Shown: positions 29,883 through 39,755 of the stretch, in pieces
Layout of the letters: each line of letters begins with the position of its first letter
How positions within the stretch are numbered: the first letter of the stretch is position 1
Assembly (NCBI GenBank): GCA_965242965.1
Contig: OZ251518.1
Location: forward strand, 1,344,001 to 1,408,000
Reading direction: 5' to 3'
DNA: 64,000 nucleotides
Source: Candidatus Poribacteria bacterium
Lineage (GTDB): Bacteria > Poribacteria > WGA-4E > WGA-3G
Program-made: the position numbers and the translations under genes
The notes under the pieces: model-generated
The model's input: the letters and a program-made list of their open reading frames with translations, nothing else
Told to the model about the DNA's origin: nothing
Database searches by the model: none

Positions 29883-31556
29883 CTATTTAATCTGCTCCCC
29901 TGCACTTTCAGTCGGAATATAGTAATATCCGAAGATGATGCACATCTCGTCTTCAGACGAAAGCCCGAAACGGAGCGGCACAATCGTGTCGTAGTTGTTA
30001 TGCGTGCAACGGAACGTAAGCCCATCGTCCGATTCTAGGACGAGGCGCGGTTCAAACAGCGTAATCGGCGCATCGTCATACGCGACACTCCGATGCAACA
30101 GTTTGTCGGTGGACATCTGATCAATCTCAAACAACTCGCCGTGCCGATGCATGTGCGATGTGAGCAAAAAGACGTTCACCGCCGTATCCCGGGCGTGTCC
30201 TCGGCGTTCCAACTCATCTTCAATATACCAATCCATCGTGGCAACGCGTGTTTGGCCGGGCGGCACATTAATCTCCCGGTTCGAGACGAAAATCTCAACC
30301 GCCTCGTAACGCACCTCTTCCTCCGGAATCGTCCAGAGGTTGACGTAAGTTTCGCCGTAGAGGACATCATCGCCCAACAGGTTGATATAGTGCGAGTTCA
30401 GATCATAGACAGTGTCACCGGGGAGCCGGAGCGCGACACCGTCGGGAAAGTCAAACACGGTGTCATCGGTCTGCGTGCCGACGACGAAAAGCCTGTCAAT
30501 CCCGAAATTGCCGAGTGCCTGCGGGTCCGCCGTGTCAAGCACCCGGTATTTATTCGCATCTGCAGGATTCACGCCGATGCCGGGGACTACGCCGATCTCT
30601 GGAATACCGTTTACGATTCCTTCCTCTGTCAACCGATAGAGGATAAAGTGATGGCTGCCGGATGGATAGAAAATCTCAACTTTATTAATAAAGATGTCGC
30701 CGTCCACCGGTAACCCGTTCTCATCTCGGATCTGCGTTGCATAGAAGATCTCGCGTTCGGTGCCCGGTTCAATCTTAAAGGGCGGCAGGTGGAGCTGATA
30801 CCCCTGTCCCGGCGGTGGCGGTGCCGGCTTATCAAACGTTTCCTCCGGGTCGCGGAGGACAGAGAGATCGCCGATGCCAGAGAGAAGGGCATCTTCTGAA
30901 GCCCCCTCTTCAATCCATGTGCGAATTGCGTCTATCTTCGCCGCGTGGATAGAACCGGCATTGAACGGCATCTTCGCGCCGAATTCGGGTGCCGGCCCCA
31001 TCAACTTCGTCAAAAGGAAACTGTTATCAGGATTCCCCGGATCTACCAGTTTCATCCCTGCTGCCGCTGCGGCAGGGTTCTGTGGCGTGCGTCCGACGAG
31101 ATCTTGATAAGAGAGCCCATAGGTAAGATTTAAATTAGCGGAGTTCGCGGGGGCAGCGTGGCAGACGCTGTTCGCGCAACTCTTATCAAAAACGTAATCC
31201 TGAATGTCGTGGTACGTCGAATTGTCGACCTCGGCGGTTTCGCCGAAACTATTGCTGACACGCACCAGGTCAAGGACGTTGATGATGCCATCGCGATTGA
31301 CATCCGGGTTTGTTGCGGCGTTCCGGTCGGCGGCTTGCCCGAAGGAACCGGCGACAAGCACCAGGTCTTGGATATTGACTACGCCGTCTTTATTGACATC
31401 TTCTAGCAGCGTGGAAGCGTCACCGTGCCCGAACGCAATAGCGGGCGCGAAAACCACGCCAACAACGAGCAGTAGGAGGGACATCCCTGTCCCGATGCTT
31501 TCACGTAAGAGGGACATCCCTGTCCCGATAGTAGCCCCAAATTGTTTGAACATCAT
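29883..31556 (-). CDS. Secreted protein: dockerin-like EF-hand pair + CxxxxCH heme-like domain + copper monooxygenase (PHM/DBH-like) domain
   Basis: SD GGAGG before ATG 31556; DVNKDGVVNIQDLVLV and DVNRDGIINVLDLV; CANSVCH; SHHFILY, TSHMHRHG and EDEMC copper-ligand motifs. Confidence 0.7.
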   Translation of the reverse strand: MMFKQFGATIGTGMSLLRESIGTGMSLLLLVVGVVFAPAIAFGHGDASTLLEDVNKDGVVNIQDLVLVAGSFGQAADRNAATNPDVNRDGIINVLDLVRVSNSFGETAEVDNSTYHDIQDYVFDKSCANSVCHAAPANSANLNLTYGLSYQDLVGRTPQNPAAAAAGMKLVDPGNPDNSFLLTKLMGPAPEFGAKMPFNAGSIHAAKIDAIRTWIEEGASEDALLSGIGDLSVLRDPEETFDKPAPPPPGQGYQLHLPPFKIEPGTEREIFYATQIRDENGLPVDGDIFINKVEIFYPSGSHHFILYRLTEEGIVNGIPEIGVVPGIGVNPADANKYRVLDTADPQALGNFGIDRLFVVGTQTDDTVFDFPDGVALRLPGDTVYDLNSHYINLLGDDVLYGETYVNLWTIPEEEVRYEAVEIFVSNREINVPPGQTRVATMDWYIEDELERRGHARDTAVNVFLLTSHMHRHGELFEIDQMSTDKLLHRSVAYDDAPITLFEPRLVLESDDGLTFRCTHNNYDTIVPLRFGLSSEDEMCIIFGYYYIPTESAGEQIK

Positions 31557-31702
31557 GAAAATTAACCTCCGGTTGTTCGCAAGGCGTTCCATCTCGGTTT
31601 TTAGTAGATGAACGTCTTGCTCCGTTTATCCGATATCAACATTGTTCGATTGTCGTTCAGTTGTCGATATCTCGGGTTTTTGTTATAGATTTTTGTCAAC
31701 CT

Positions 31703-32443
31703 CTAAAAAATCTTCGTTTTTGAAATGAACCGATACTTCAAGAGCGTCCACGCCGCAAACAAGCCGTCGGACCAGAAGCGGAGTTTTTTGCCCTCCTTTT
31801 TCGAGCGTGGAAAATAGGATACCGGCACTTCGTGGATGCGATACCCGGCGCGTAGCACCTTCGCCGTGACTTCGGGACAAAACTCAAACCCTTCGCACGT
31901 TAAATTGAGCTGCGTTATCAATTCGGTAGAAAACGCTTTGTAGCCGGTGGACTCATCGGTGATGCGGCATCCGTAGAGAACACGCGTCCAACCCGCAAGG
32001 AGCCGGTTCGCCGTGAAGTTGAGCCAACTCGCGTTGCCTCTACCGTTAAGGAATCGTGAACCGTAGACGACGTGGACCTCGGGCTCCGAGGTAACTTCTG
32101 CTGTCGGGACAGGAATGTCCCGACTACTGAACAGCGGTTCAACAAGAGGCAGTAGATCATCGGGGCACAACTCCAAGTCTGCGTCTTGGATGACGACTAC
32201 GTCTCCTTCGACATGCGTCAACCCGGTCCGAATTGCAAACCCTTTGCCGCGGTTTTCCTCGTAATGAACAACGGTGAGTGCGGACTTCGTCCGTAACTCC
32301 TCAAGCACCGCTTGCGTTCTATCCGTAGAGCCGTCATTAACGACGATAATCTGGGTGTCAAGTGGCAGTGCTTGCACGGCATCTACGACTTGGCGAATGG
32401 TTCGCGCTTCGTTAAATGCAGGAATGATTACGGATATTCGCAT
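31703..32443 (-). CDS. Glycosyltransferase family 2 (DPM1-like)
   Basis: ISVIIPAFNE, VNDGSTD, NRGKG, QDADLE, VVYGSRF, GYKAF, FEFCPEVT. Confidence 0.92.
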   Translation of the reverse strand: MRISVIIPAFNEARTIRQVVDAVQALPLDTQIIVVNDGSTDRTQAVLEELRTKSALTVVHYEENRGKGFAIRTGLTHVEGDVVVIQDADLELCPDDLLPLVEPLFSSRDIPVPTAEVTSEPEVHVVYGSRFLNGRGNASWLNFTANRLLAGWTRVLYGCRITDESTGYKAFSTELITQLNLTCEGFEFCPEVTAKVLRAGYRIHEVPVSYFPRSKKEGKKLRFWSDGLFAAWTLLKYRFISKTKIF

Positions 32444-32554
32444 TTTTTTGTTGTTTGCCAGGGTTCCCGGTGCAAGAAAGTCTGTTTCCGTATATCCGAT
32501 GTATCGGGTTTTCTTAAACTTTCTTTCACGAGTCTGGCAATTGGGAAATTGCGC

Positions 32555-33346
32555 CTACAGCAACGCCTTCACCATACCGCCATCCACCTGAATCGTTGTC
32601 CCCGTGATATAACTTGCGCGTTCCGATGCGAGAAATACGACGAGGTTCGCGAATTCGGCCGGGTCCCCGATTCTGCCGAGGGGGATATCCGCCGTCATTC
32701 TCTCCAATGCTTCCTCAAACGTGATGCCGGCCTCTTCGGCTCGCACCGTGGCGAGTTGTTCGATGCGAGCGGTGAAGATAATGCCGGGACAGACGTTGTT
32801 CACCAGAATGTTGTCGGATGCCAACTCTGTGGCGAGCGTTTTCGCGAACCCGATAACCCCGGTGCGCGCCATGTTTGATAGCATGAGGCCGTCCACCGGC
32901 TGTTTCACCGAGACAGAGGTGAGGTTGATAATCCTGCCGCCGCCGCGCGCTTGCATCGTCGGCACAACGGCACGACAGAGGTTTATCGTGCTCATCAGGT
33001 TGAGTTGCACCGCGGTCTGGTAATCTTCAGCGGCGAGCTCGGCGAACCTACCTGCGCGCGGGCCTCCTGCATTATTTACCAGAATATCAATGCCGCCGAA
33101 GTGCGACATCGCCGCGTTAATGAGTGCGTCAACTTGTTCCGGCTGACTGACATCGGTAGGCACGGCGAGGACTTCACCGCCTGTCTGCCGTCGAATATCT
33201 TCTGCTGTTGCGTCAAGTGCCTCGCTATTTCTGGCACAGATAGTGACTTTTGCGCCTTCTTGCGCCAATCCGAGTGCGATGGCGCGCCCAAGTCCTTTGC
33301 TTGACGCGCCGACTACCGCGATTTTGTCCGTAAGTCCAAGTTCCAT
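32555..33346 (-). CDS. SDR family oxidoreductase (FabG-like)
   Basis: GASSKGLG, DILVNNAGGP, SNMARTG, YITGTTIQVDGG; the longer ORF call from 33706 runs into repeats. Confidence 0.9.
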   Translation of the reverse strand: MELGLTDKIAVVGASSKGLGRAIALGLAQEGAKVTICARNSEALDATAEDIRRQTGGEVLAVPTDVSQPEQVDALINAAMSHFGGIDILVNNAGGPRAGRFAELAAEDYQTAVQLNLMSTINLCRAVVPTMQARGGGRIINLTSVSVKQPVDGLMLSNMARTGVIGFAKTLATELASDNILVNNVCPGIIFTARIEQLATVRAEEAGITFEEALERMTADIPLGRIGDPAEFANLVVFLASERASYITGTTIQVDGGMVKALL

Positions 33347-33370
33347 TATGCATCCATCCTCTTTATATTT

Positions 33371-33399
33371 ATGATAACATTTTTTTAAGGCAATGTCAA
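33371..33399 (-). promoter_or_regulatory. Sigma70-like promoter for the SDR gene
   Basis: TTGACA-17 bp-TATCAT with TG extension. Confidence 0.65.
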
Positions 33400-33444
33400 C
33401 AAATTCCGCGAATCGCACGAGAGAATTCTTCTCAATACCTAAAT

Positions 33445-33815
33445 GAGGGCGTTTCCTAAATCGCTCAACGTCGCGGTGAAACCCGCTCGGATGCGCGTGT
33501 GGCATCCGAGGGCCCCGCGCTGCGGGGGGAAAAAACGCCTCCCCCTTACCGTAGGGCGAGGGCCTGTCCCTCGCCATGCTTCGGTCTTCCGGACAGTCGC
33601 GGGGGAAACCCGCTCGGATGCGCGGATGGCATCCGAGGGCCCCCGCGCTACGGTTATTGAGAGCGTTTCTCGCGGCACCGTAGGGCGAGGGCCTGTCCCT
33701 CGCCATGCGTTTGGCGGGCAGACCGCATCCCCCCCGTAGTTCAGGATCGCCTGAAGTTCTGGCATATTTGCCAAACGCTCCTGATCCGTTCGGGAGCGGG
33801 TGCTCCCGAACTACT
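33445..33815. repeat. Intergenic REP-like cluster
   Basis: Terminal motif at 33445; B-type hairpins at 33551 and 33679; E/F doublet 33736-33815. Confidence 0.85.
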
Positions 33816-33899
33816 TTTGGAGTCCGAGTCTATCACGAATCTCCTATATCTTCAAGTGTGGCGGAGGCATCCGCGCCCCCGCACATTGACGAACACACT

Positions 33900-34727
33900 T
33901 CAATCGACGATAGGTTCACCGACTTCCACCTTACCATCTCCATCTGGTATGTCCGGCATCGTTAATTCGACAGTGATGCCAAGATTGATGCTGTTGAGAT
34001 GTGCCCAGTTAAAGGACATGCCAATGCCCTTTCTTAACTCAAATTTGCCCTGAGCGTCAATGACGATAGTGTTGCCTTCCCTTGATAGGAAGCCTTCACA
34101 ATTAATTTTGCGCCCTGGTATGTAATATTCCCACAGACGGGTTAACTCTGCCTCTTTGACTTTTTCTTTCAGGATACGCACAACCAATCGACCGGTTTTA
34201 TGCACATGTGACGGCAGTAACTCTTGCGCTAACGTGAATTCGTAATATTCATCGTTGTCTCTGCTGCGAGCTCGTATCTCCCCTGTTATGGGCGGCATGT
34301 AGTAGAAATGGCTTCCGAATTGCCATTCGGCAGCCAAGCGATTTTCGATGAATTTGTCCAGCATCCGTTTACCATTATGCGCGTTTGGTATCCTTTTGTC
34401 TACCAAAAGGTCTGACATAGAAATCCATTCATCAAGATAAATTTGCAGCTTGGCAACATCACCTGGTTTAGGTGTTGGCATAGTGTTGAGTTGAGCGGCT
34501 GCGGCATCTTCCAACATACGCCTATTCGCACGAGAGAGTTTCGCCGATTTTGGAAACTTGATAAACGTTTTGCCACGACTATCTTTTTGTAAGGTAGCGG
34601 GGAGTGCTCGTTGCTGACTTATCTCCTTTTTCGAGATAGTCGAATCCACACTACGTGTGGCGCACCCCGTAGCTGCCACTGCGATTCCTAGTAGAACCGC
34701 TATAATCGCGCCGACTATGCGTTTCAT
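33900..34727 (-). CDS. Hypothetical lipoprotein
   Basis: SD AGGAGG; signal with lipobox-like AATGC; no recognisable domain. Confidence 0.6.
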   Translation of the reverse strand: MKRIVGAIIAVLLGIAVAATGCATRSVDSTISKKEISQQRALPATLQKDSRGKTFIKFPKSAKLSRANRRMLEDAAAAQLNTMPTPKPGDVAKLQIYLDEWISMSDLLVDKRIPNAHNGKRMLDKFIENRLAAEWQFGSHFYYMPPITGEIRARSRDNDEYYEFTLAQELLPSHVHKTGRLVVRILKEKVKEAELTRLWEYYIPGRKINCEGFLSREGNTIVIDAQGKFELRKGIGMSFNWAHLNSINLGITVELTMPDIPDGDGKVEVGEPIVD

Positions 34728-34936
34728 AATTCCTCCTTTTAACAGAAATGAGGGTGTTTCCTAAATCCCTGTAGGAGAGACCTCCCGGTCTCGATGCGTT
34801 TCGTTGCTGTTTCTATCGGGACAAGGATGTCCCTCCTACAGGGCTCGATGCCCTCTGGATAGGAGAGAATTCCCGGTCTCGATGCGTTTCGTTGGTGTTT
34901 CTATTTTGTAGGATAACTAAAATCCCTGCAAACGCG

Positions 34937-37426
34937 CTATTTCCTGAGGAACATCTTCGCCGTGGAGGTAAAATTCCCTGCGGATAGCGTGTAAAAATAG
35001 AGTCCACTCGCCACCGATTCACCCAGGTTATTGCGGCCGTCCCAATAGGCGGCGCGCACCCGAGTGTGATAGATACCCGCGGGCTGATATCCCAAATCCA
35101 AACGCCTAACCGGGGTTCCACTCGCGTCATAAATGGTGAGCGTGACTGTGGCATCCTCCGCCAATTGATAGGGAATCCATGTCTCCGGATTAAACGGATT
35201 CGGATAGTTGGGAAGTAGTGCTGTCTGTGCCGGGCGCAAGGTTAACAAGAGTTTTTCAAGCACTGCAATTCCCTTCTCAACGGCTGCATCTCTATCGGTG
35301 AGTCGCCGCGCTTGAGTGAGCCAGTTTTGAACTGCGGATGCAAGTTGCGCGGTTTGCGAGGGAGCAGCACCTATAACAGCTTGCAGTTCAGTGGCTACCA
35401 ACACCAGATCGTTAATATCCACGATGCCATCGCTGTTCACATCAGGATTCGGATTCGCCTTGGCCCCCATCGATTTGCCAAAGTTCGATGCCACCAACAC
35501 CAAATCTGCAATGTCTACTTTTCCATCGCCGTTGACATCTAACGGGTTTTGGACAACAAGCGAATCATCGGCACGGAGCGTCCAATTCTGTCTTGTGATA
35601 TTGCCGTTGACATCGATTACCTGTAACCTGATATCGTTGACGCGGCGTGAGGTTAATCCAGTTGCGCGAAATTCAACAACGCGGTTTTGTCCGTGTAACC
35701 GCTGACAACTGTGCAACTTGACTCCGGAGCCCGTGTCTTGGCGTGTCGTTGGTATCAGCAATTGCGCTTGATGGAGGCCATCGGTATCCGTTATTTCAAA
35801 TTGAAGCGTGAAGTTTCTGACGTTGGGTGGATATCGCTGTTGTGAAAGCATCTGAAGCGTTGTCGGTTCGTTGAATGCCGCCTGATTGGCATTAAAGAAA
35901 CGACTGGCATCCAACCATTCGGCGGCACATTTCGAGAGTCGATTCGGCGCGATGCCGTAAGACATGATGTATGCATCGCTGCGGAAGTCGTGTTCCAAGC
36001 CGAAAGCGTGCCCGAGTTCGTGCGCCGCTATATGAACGTTATCAAAACAAGTCCCGGAAGCAGGGATGAGTGCGTATCCGCCTGAGGTTCTCTGATGCTC
36101 TTCATTCTCAAACCACCTGCCGCCGCCTACCCCACACGTATCCTCGCCATCAATAACCTGACTGCTAATATCGACAGCGATGAGATAAACGTTGTTTGAC
36201 ACGTCAAACTGCTCAGTGACTTCCTCCATCACTTTGTCGGAAGTTTGGGTATGATAATACCTGTCTCGGAATTTCCCATTCACCTGATGGACATAGGTTT
36301 CTCCTGCCTCATTGGTTTCAAAGGTGAAGGTTTTCCTACCGAACCCGTGTCTCCGCATCTGGGTGTCGTAAAATTGCTGCACTTCTCTGATGAGCGTATC
36401 CAATTTTACCCACATATTGGGTGGGACAGCACGGCCTCGGGGGAGGAAGTAAATCAGCCGGACGATGTCGCGTTCCGCCGATTGCTCTGGCGCGATGTCC
36501 CAGAAACGGAGCGCTCCATCATCACCGCCGCTAGCGAGCGTCGTTCCGTTGTTGGAAAAAGCGAGCGCGTTTACCCAACCGCTATGTCCTTCAAGTTCGG
36601 CGAGTTGCGCACCGCTGTCTACATCCCAAAGATAAATCACCTCATGACTGGCACCCGCCAGCGTCTTTCCATCGTTGGAAAATGCAATATCCTTCACCGT
36701 TCCGGTCCGTGTGCGCAGTGTGCCACGGAGTTTCCATCCGGCAACATCCCACAACTTGGTTTCGCCCTGATACCCAGCACTCGCGAGGAGTTGACTGTCC
36801 TGTGAAAACTTAACGGCAAAGAGCTGTTCTGCATCGCCTTGCCGCGTCGCTTCCACTCGTTGCCGTTGCACATGCCACATTTTCACGGAGCCATCTATGT
36901 ATCCGACAGCAAGTTGCTCTCCATCGGGAGAAAAGTCGACAGCAAGTGCCCATTTTTCATATCTGAGCGTCGCTATTTCTAGGGGATTTTGGACGTTCCA
37001 TAACTTCACATGCATTCCTGCGCTTGCAAGCGTTTGTCCATCGGCTGAAAAGGCAACCGCCTTGATTTGCGAGCGCGCCCAGTCGGTGATATGTTCAAGC
37101 GTCGCGATTTCGCGTTTTTGGCGGACATTCCATAACCGCAGGGTGGAGTCATCGCTGCCACTGGCGAGCAATCTACCATCTGGGGAAAATTGCACCGCAT
37201 TAACGATATCGGTGTGTCCCCGCAGCGTCGTCACGGTATCGTCGCTTAAATCCCACAACTTGATGGTGTTGTCCTCTCCTGCACTTGCAACAAGCGAGGC
37301 ATTCACCGGTGAGAAAGCGACAGTCTGAATGCTCCCTCCTGCTTCAAAATAGGTATGTTCTTGGGCAAAAACCGCCCCGGCGATGCAGAACAAGAATACG
37401 AGCACGAAAATCTTGGATTTTATCAT
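34937..37426 (-). CDS. Secreted WD40-repeat zinc metallopeptidase with dockerin-like and FlgD-Ig-like C-terminal domains
   Basis: WD40 repeats, HELGHAFGLEH zincin motif with Met-turn (YIMSYG), DVNGDGKVDIADLVLV, LLPNYPNPFNPETWIPYQL. Confidence 0.85.
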   Translation of the reverse strand: MIKSKIFVLVFLFCIAGAVFAQEHTYFEAGGSIQTVAFSPVNASLVASAGEDNTIKLWDLSDDTVTTLRGHTDIVNAVQFSPDGRLLASGSDDSTLRLWNVRQKREIATLEHITDWARSQIKAVAFSADGQTLASAGMHVKLWNVQNPLEIATLRYEKWALAVDFSPDGEQLAVGYIDGSVKMWHVQRQRVEATRQGDAEQLFAVKFSQDSQLLASAGYQGETKLWDVAGWKLRGTLRTRTGTVKDIAFSNDGKTLAGASHEVIYLWDVDSGAQLAELEGHSGWVNALAFSNNGTTLASGGDDGALRFWDIAPEQSAERDIVRLIYFLPRGRAVPPNMWVKLDTLIREVQQFYDTQMRRHGFGRKTFTFETNEAGETYVHQVNGKFRDRYYHTQTSDKVMEEVTEQFDVSNNVYLIAVDISSQVIDGEDTCGVGGGRWFENEEHQRTSGGYALIPASGTCFDNVHIAAHELGHAFGLEHDFRSDAYIMSYGIAPNRLSKCAAEWLDASRFFNANQAAFNEPTTLQMLSQQRYPPNVRNFTLQFEITDTDGLHQAQLLIPTTRQDTGSGVKLHSCQRLHGQNRVVEFRATGLTSRRVNDIRLQVIDVNGNITRQNWTLRADDSLVVQNPLDVNGDGKVDIADLVLVASNFGKSMGAKANPNPDVNSDGIVDINDLVLVATELQAVIGAAPSQTAQLASAVQNWLTQARRLTDRDAAVEKGIAVLEKLLLTLRPAQTALLPNYPNPFNPETWIPYQLAEDATVTLTIYDASGTPVRRLDLGYQPAGIYHTRVRAAYWDGRNNLGESVASGLYFYTLSAGNFTSTAKMFLRK

Positions 37427-38472
37427 GAATCACGCACCTCGTCTGCGTCAAGGGAAATGTTGAATTTCGCGGCACATGCCTGCAGTTGCGTATAGATAGT
37501 CTCAGGCACCTCAATACCGTTCGCTAATCGCTGTGCGCGGTTGCGATGCTCAAAGTCACCGGGCACCAAGACTTCGTCAAACCCTGGGGCAGGTGGTGTC
37601 GCCTTGACGACATCTAAAAACGCCCGTACGCCTTTCTGGTATGCTGCCAGCGGCGTGAAGGCATTGACATCAATAACCTGCATGGTGAGTCCTCCCATCT
37701 GTCCGACGTTGGCATTAAAAACGCCGCCTAATCCACCAAGTAGCGCGACGAAAAGGGAGAGCGCGTAGCCTTTGTGTTTACCGAACGCGAGCAGGTGTCC
37801 GCCATCTTTATATGCCGCAACGTTGACGGTGGGATTGCCGTGTTTGTCAACAACGCAACCCGGGGGCAAATCGCGATGTTCACTATCCGCGACGTAGGTT
37901 TTGCCATTGGCAATCATGCTCGTGGCGAAATCCAAGAGGAACGGACTGTCATCGCCGGTAGGAACGCCGATGGCAATGGGGTTCGTGCCGAGGGCACCCT
38001 CTGTACCGCCGAATGGGAGAATGCGTCCGCCGCCCTTCGCGCCGCCACCGACGGTGACCATGCCGATACATCCAGCCGCGGCGGCTTCTTCGGCGTATTC
38101 ACCGACGCGGCCGATATGCCCAGTCCGAGTGAGCGTCGCGAAACTGTTCTGCGTCTGCTTCGCTTTTTCAATAGTGCGTCGAATCGTCCATCGAGCGATA
38201 TAGTGTCCAAACCCGCGCTGTCCATCAACGTGCAGTGTGTTCTCGGTTTCGCGTAGCACCTTCGGTTCCGCCGCTGGGATAATGCCGCCGTTCTCAATGC
38301 CTTCCAGATAAGAAGGGATGCGGAGCACGCCGTGCGAATCGTGCCCTGCGAGATTCGCCTTGAGGAGAATCTCAGCGACATCCTCTGCAATGTGCTGCGG
38401 CGTGCCGGCCGCCATGAATAAATCGCGCGTGAACCTCTGAAGATGCGAGGCTTCTAGTTCGTGCATTTTCAC
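37423..38472 (-). CDS. Ldh_2 family (malate/L-lactate/ureidoglycolate dehydrogenase-like) oxidoreductase
   Basis: GHDSHG, HIGRVG, GTNPIAIG, DFATS, FGKHKGYAL. Confidence 0.9.
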   Translation of the reverse strand: MKMHELEASHLQRFTRDLFMAAGTPQHIAEDVAEILLKANLAGHDSHGVLRIPSYLEGIENGGIIPAAEPKVLRETENTLHVDGQRGFGHYIARWTIRRTIEKAKQTQNSFATLTRTGHIGRVGEYAEEAAAAGCIGMVTVGGGAKGGGRILPFGGTEGALGTNPIAIGVPTGDDSPFLLDFATSMIANGKTYVADSEHRDLPPGCVVDKHGNPTVNVAAYKDGGHLLAFGKHKGYALSLFVALLGGLGGVFNANVGQMGGLTMQVIDVNAFTPLAAYQKGVRAFLDVVKATPPAPGFDEVLVPGDFEHRNRAQRLANGIEVPETIYTQLQACAAKFNISLDADEVRDS

Positions 38473-38517
38473 GATGGGTTCCCTCTTTTTATACGGAGAC
38501 GCGTCTCCATCCGCGTT

Positions 38518-39591
38518 CTACAATGCGTAGCGTGCTTTGTCTTCTGCTTCCACGATGTCTTCACCGAGAGGCACATTGAATTTTGCTGCGCATTCCTGCA
38601 GTTGCGAGTGGATAGTGTCCGGTATCTCAATGCCGCTCACGAGTCTTTGCGTCCTGGTGCGATGCTCAAAATCGCCCGGGACTAACACTTCGTCAAAACC
38701 GGGGGCAGGCGGTGTCGCTTTGATGCCGTCCAAGAAGGCGCGCACACCCTGCTGGTATTCCGCTATCGGCGTGAAGGCACTCGGATTGATTACCTGCATG
38801 AAAGTGCCGCTCATGTGTCCGGTGTCAACGTCAAACGTTCCTGCCAATCCACCGAGCAGACAGGTGAACATGGAGAGCGCGTAACCTTTATGCTTGCCGA
38901 AGGCGAGCAGCGCGCCGCCATCATAGAAATCGGCAGGTTTAACACTCGGCGCGCCGTGCTTGTCTAAAATACAGCCTTCCGGCAATTCTGCGCCTTTGCT
39001 TCGCGCCACCTGAATTTTCCCTTCGGCAACGACACTTGTGGCGTAGTCAACAATAAACGGCGCAGCGTCACCTGTCGGCACGCCGATGGCGAGTGGGTTG
39101 GTGCTAAATCTTCCCTTCGCGCCGCCGTAAGGCACCGTCGGGCCCCCGCCTTCACCGCCTATCCCCACAGTGATAAGGCTGATACATTCCGCAGCGGCGG
39201 CTTGCTCGGCATATTCCCCCAAACGGCCGATATGCCCGGTGTTGGAAATGCTGACGCAGCAGGAGACACCCGTTTTCGCCTTTTCGATGGCCCGTTTCAT
39301 GCTCCAGCGCGAGGTGTAGTGTCCAAACCCGCGCCCGCCATCAATGCGCAACGTATTGTCAGTCTCGGCGAGAACTTCAGGTTCCGCAACTGGCTTGAGG
39401 TAACCGGCCTTCATACCTCTCAGATATGCCGGGATACGGAGCACGCCGTGCGAATCGTGCCCGGCGAGGTTCGCCTTGAGGAGAATCTCGGTGACATCCT
39501 CGGCGATGTGCCGCGGGGTACCGGCGGCGACAAAGATATTGCGAGAGATTGCGTGCAGGTACGGTGCCTGAAATAGAAGGTTCTTTTCCAT
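38518..39591 (-). CDS. Ldh_2 family oxidoreductase (tandem paralog)
   Basis: Same motifs; closely similar to 37423-38472. Confidence 0.9.
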   Translation of the reverse strand: MEKNLLFQAPYLHAISRNIFVAAGTPRHIAEDVTEILLKANLAGHDSHGVLRIPAYLRGMKAGYLKPVAEPEVLAETDNTLRIDGGRGFGHYTSRWSMKRAIEKAKTGVSCCVSISNTGHIGRLGEYAEQAAAAECISLITVGIGGEGGGPTVPYGGAKGRFSTNPLAIGVPTGDAAPFIVDYATSVVAEGKIQVARSKGAELPEGCILDKHGAPSVKPADFYDGGALLAFGKHKGYALSMFTCLLGGLAGTFDVDTGHMSGTFMQVINPSAFTPIAEYQQGVRAFLDGIKATPPAPGFDEVLVPGDFEHRTRTQRLVSGIEIPDTIHSQLQECAAKFNVPLGEDIVEAEDKARYAL

Positions 39592-39755
39592 AACGGTATC
39601 GTTCCTTTTGTGCTCAAGTTTTTCTTTAATGAGTTGCAGGATAGTGCAGCTCGCATACCATTTTGACAGATTTCCCGAATTTTGTCAAGATGTTTTTTCT
39701 CTGCGTCCGAGTTCACCGGAGAACTGAAAGGTGCCGTTGATGCGGCTTGCTCAGG

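Noticed and set aside
33347-33706. N-terminal extensions of ORF calls (33706, also 2149, 4437, 20999, 29862 and several array genes)
   Set aside because: The extensions run through repeats, promoters or the upstream gene; better SD-supported or homology-supported starts lie downstream
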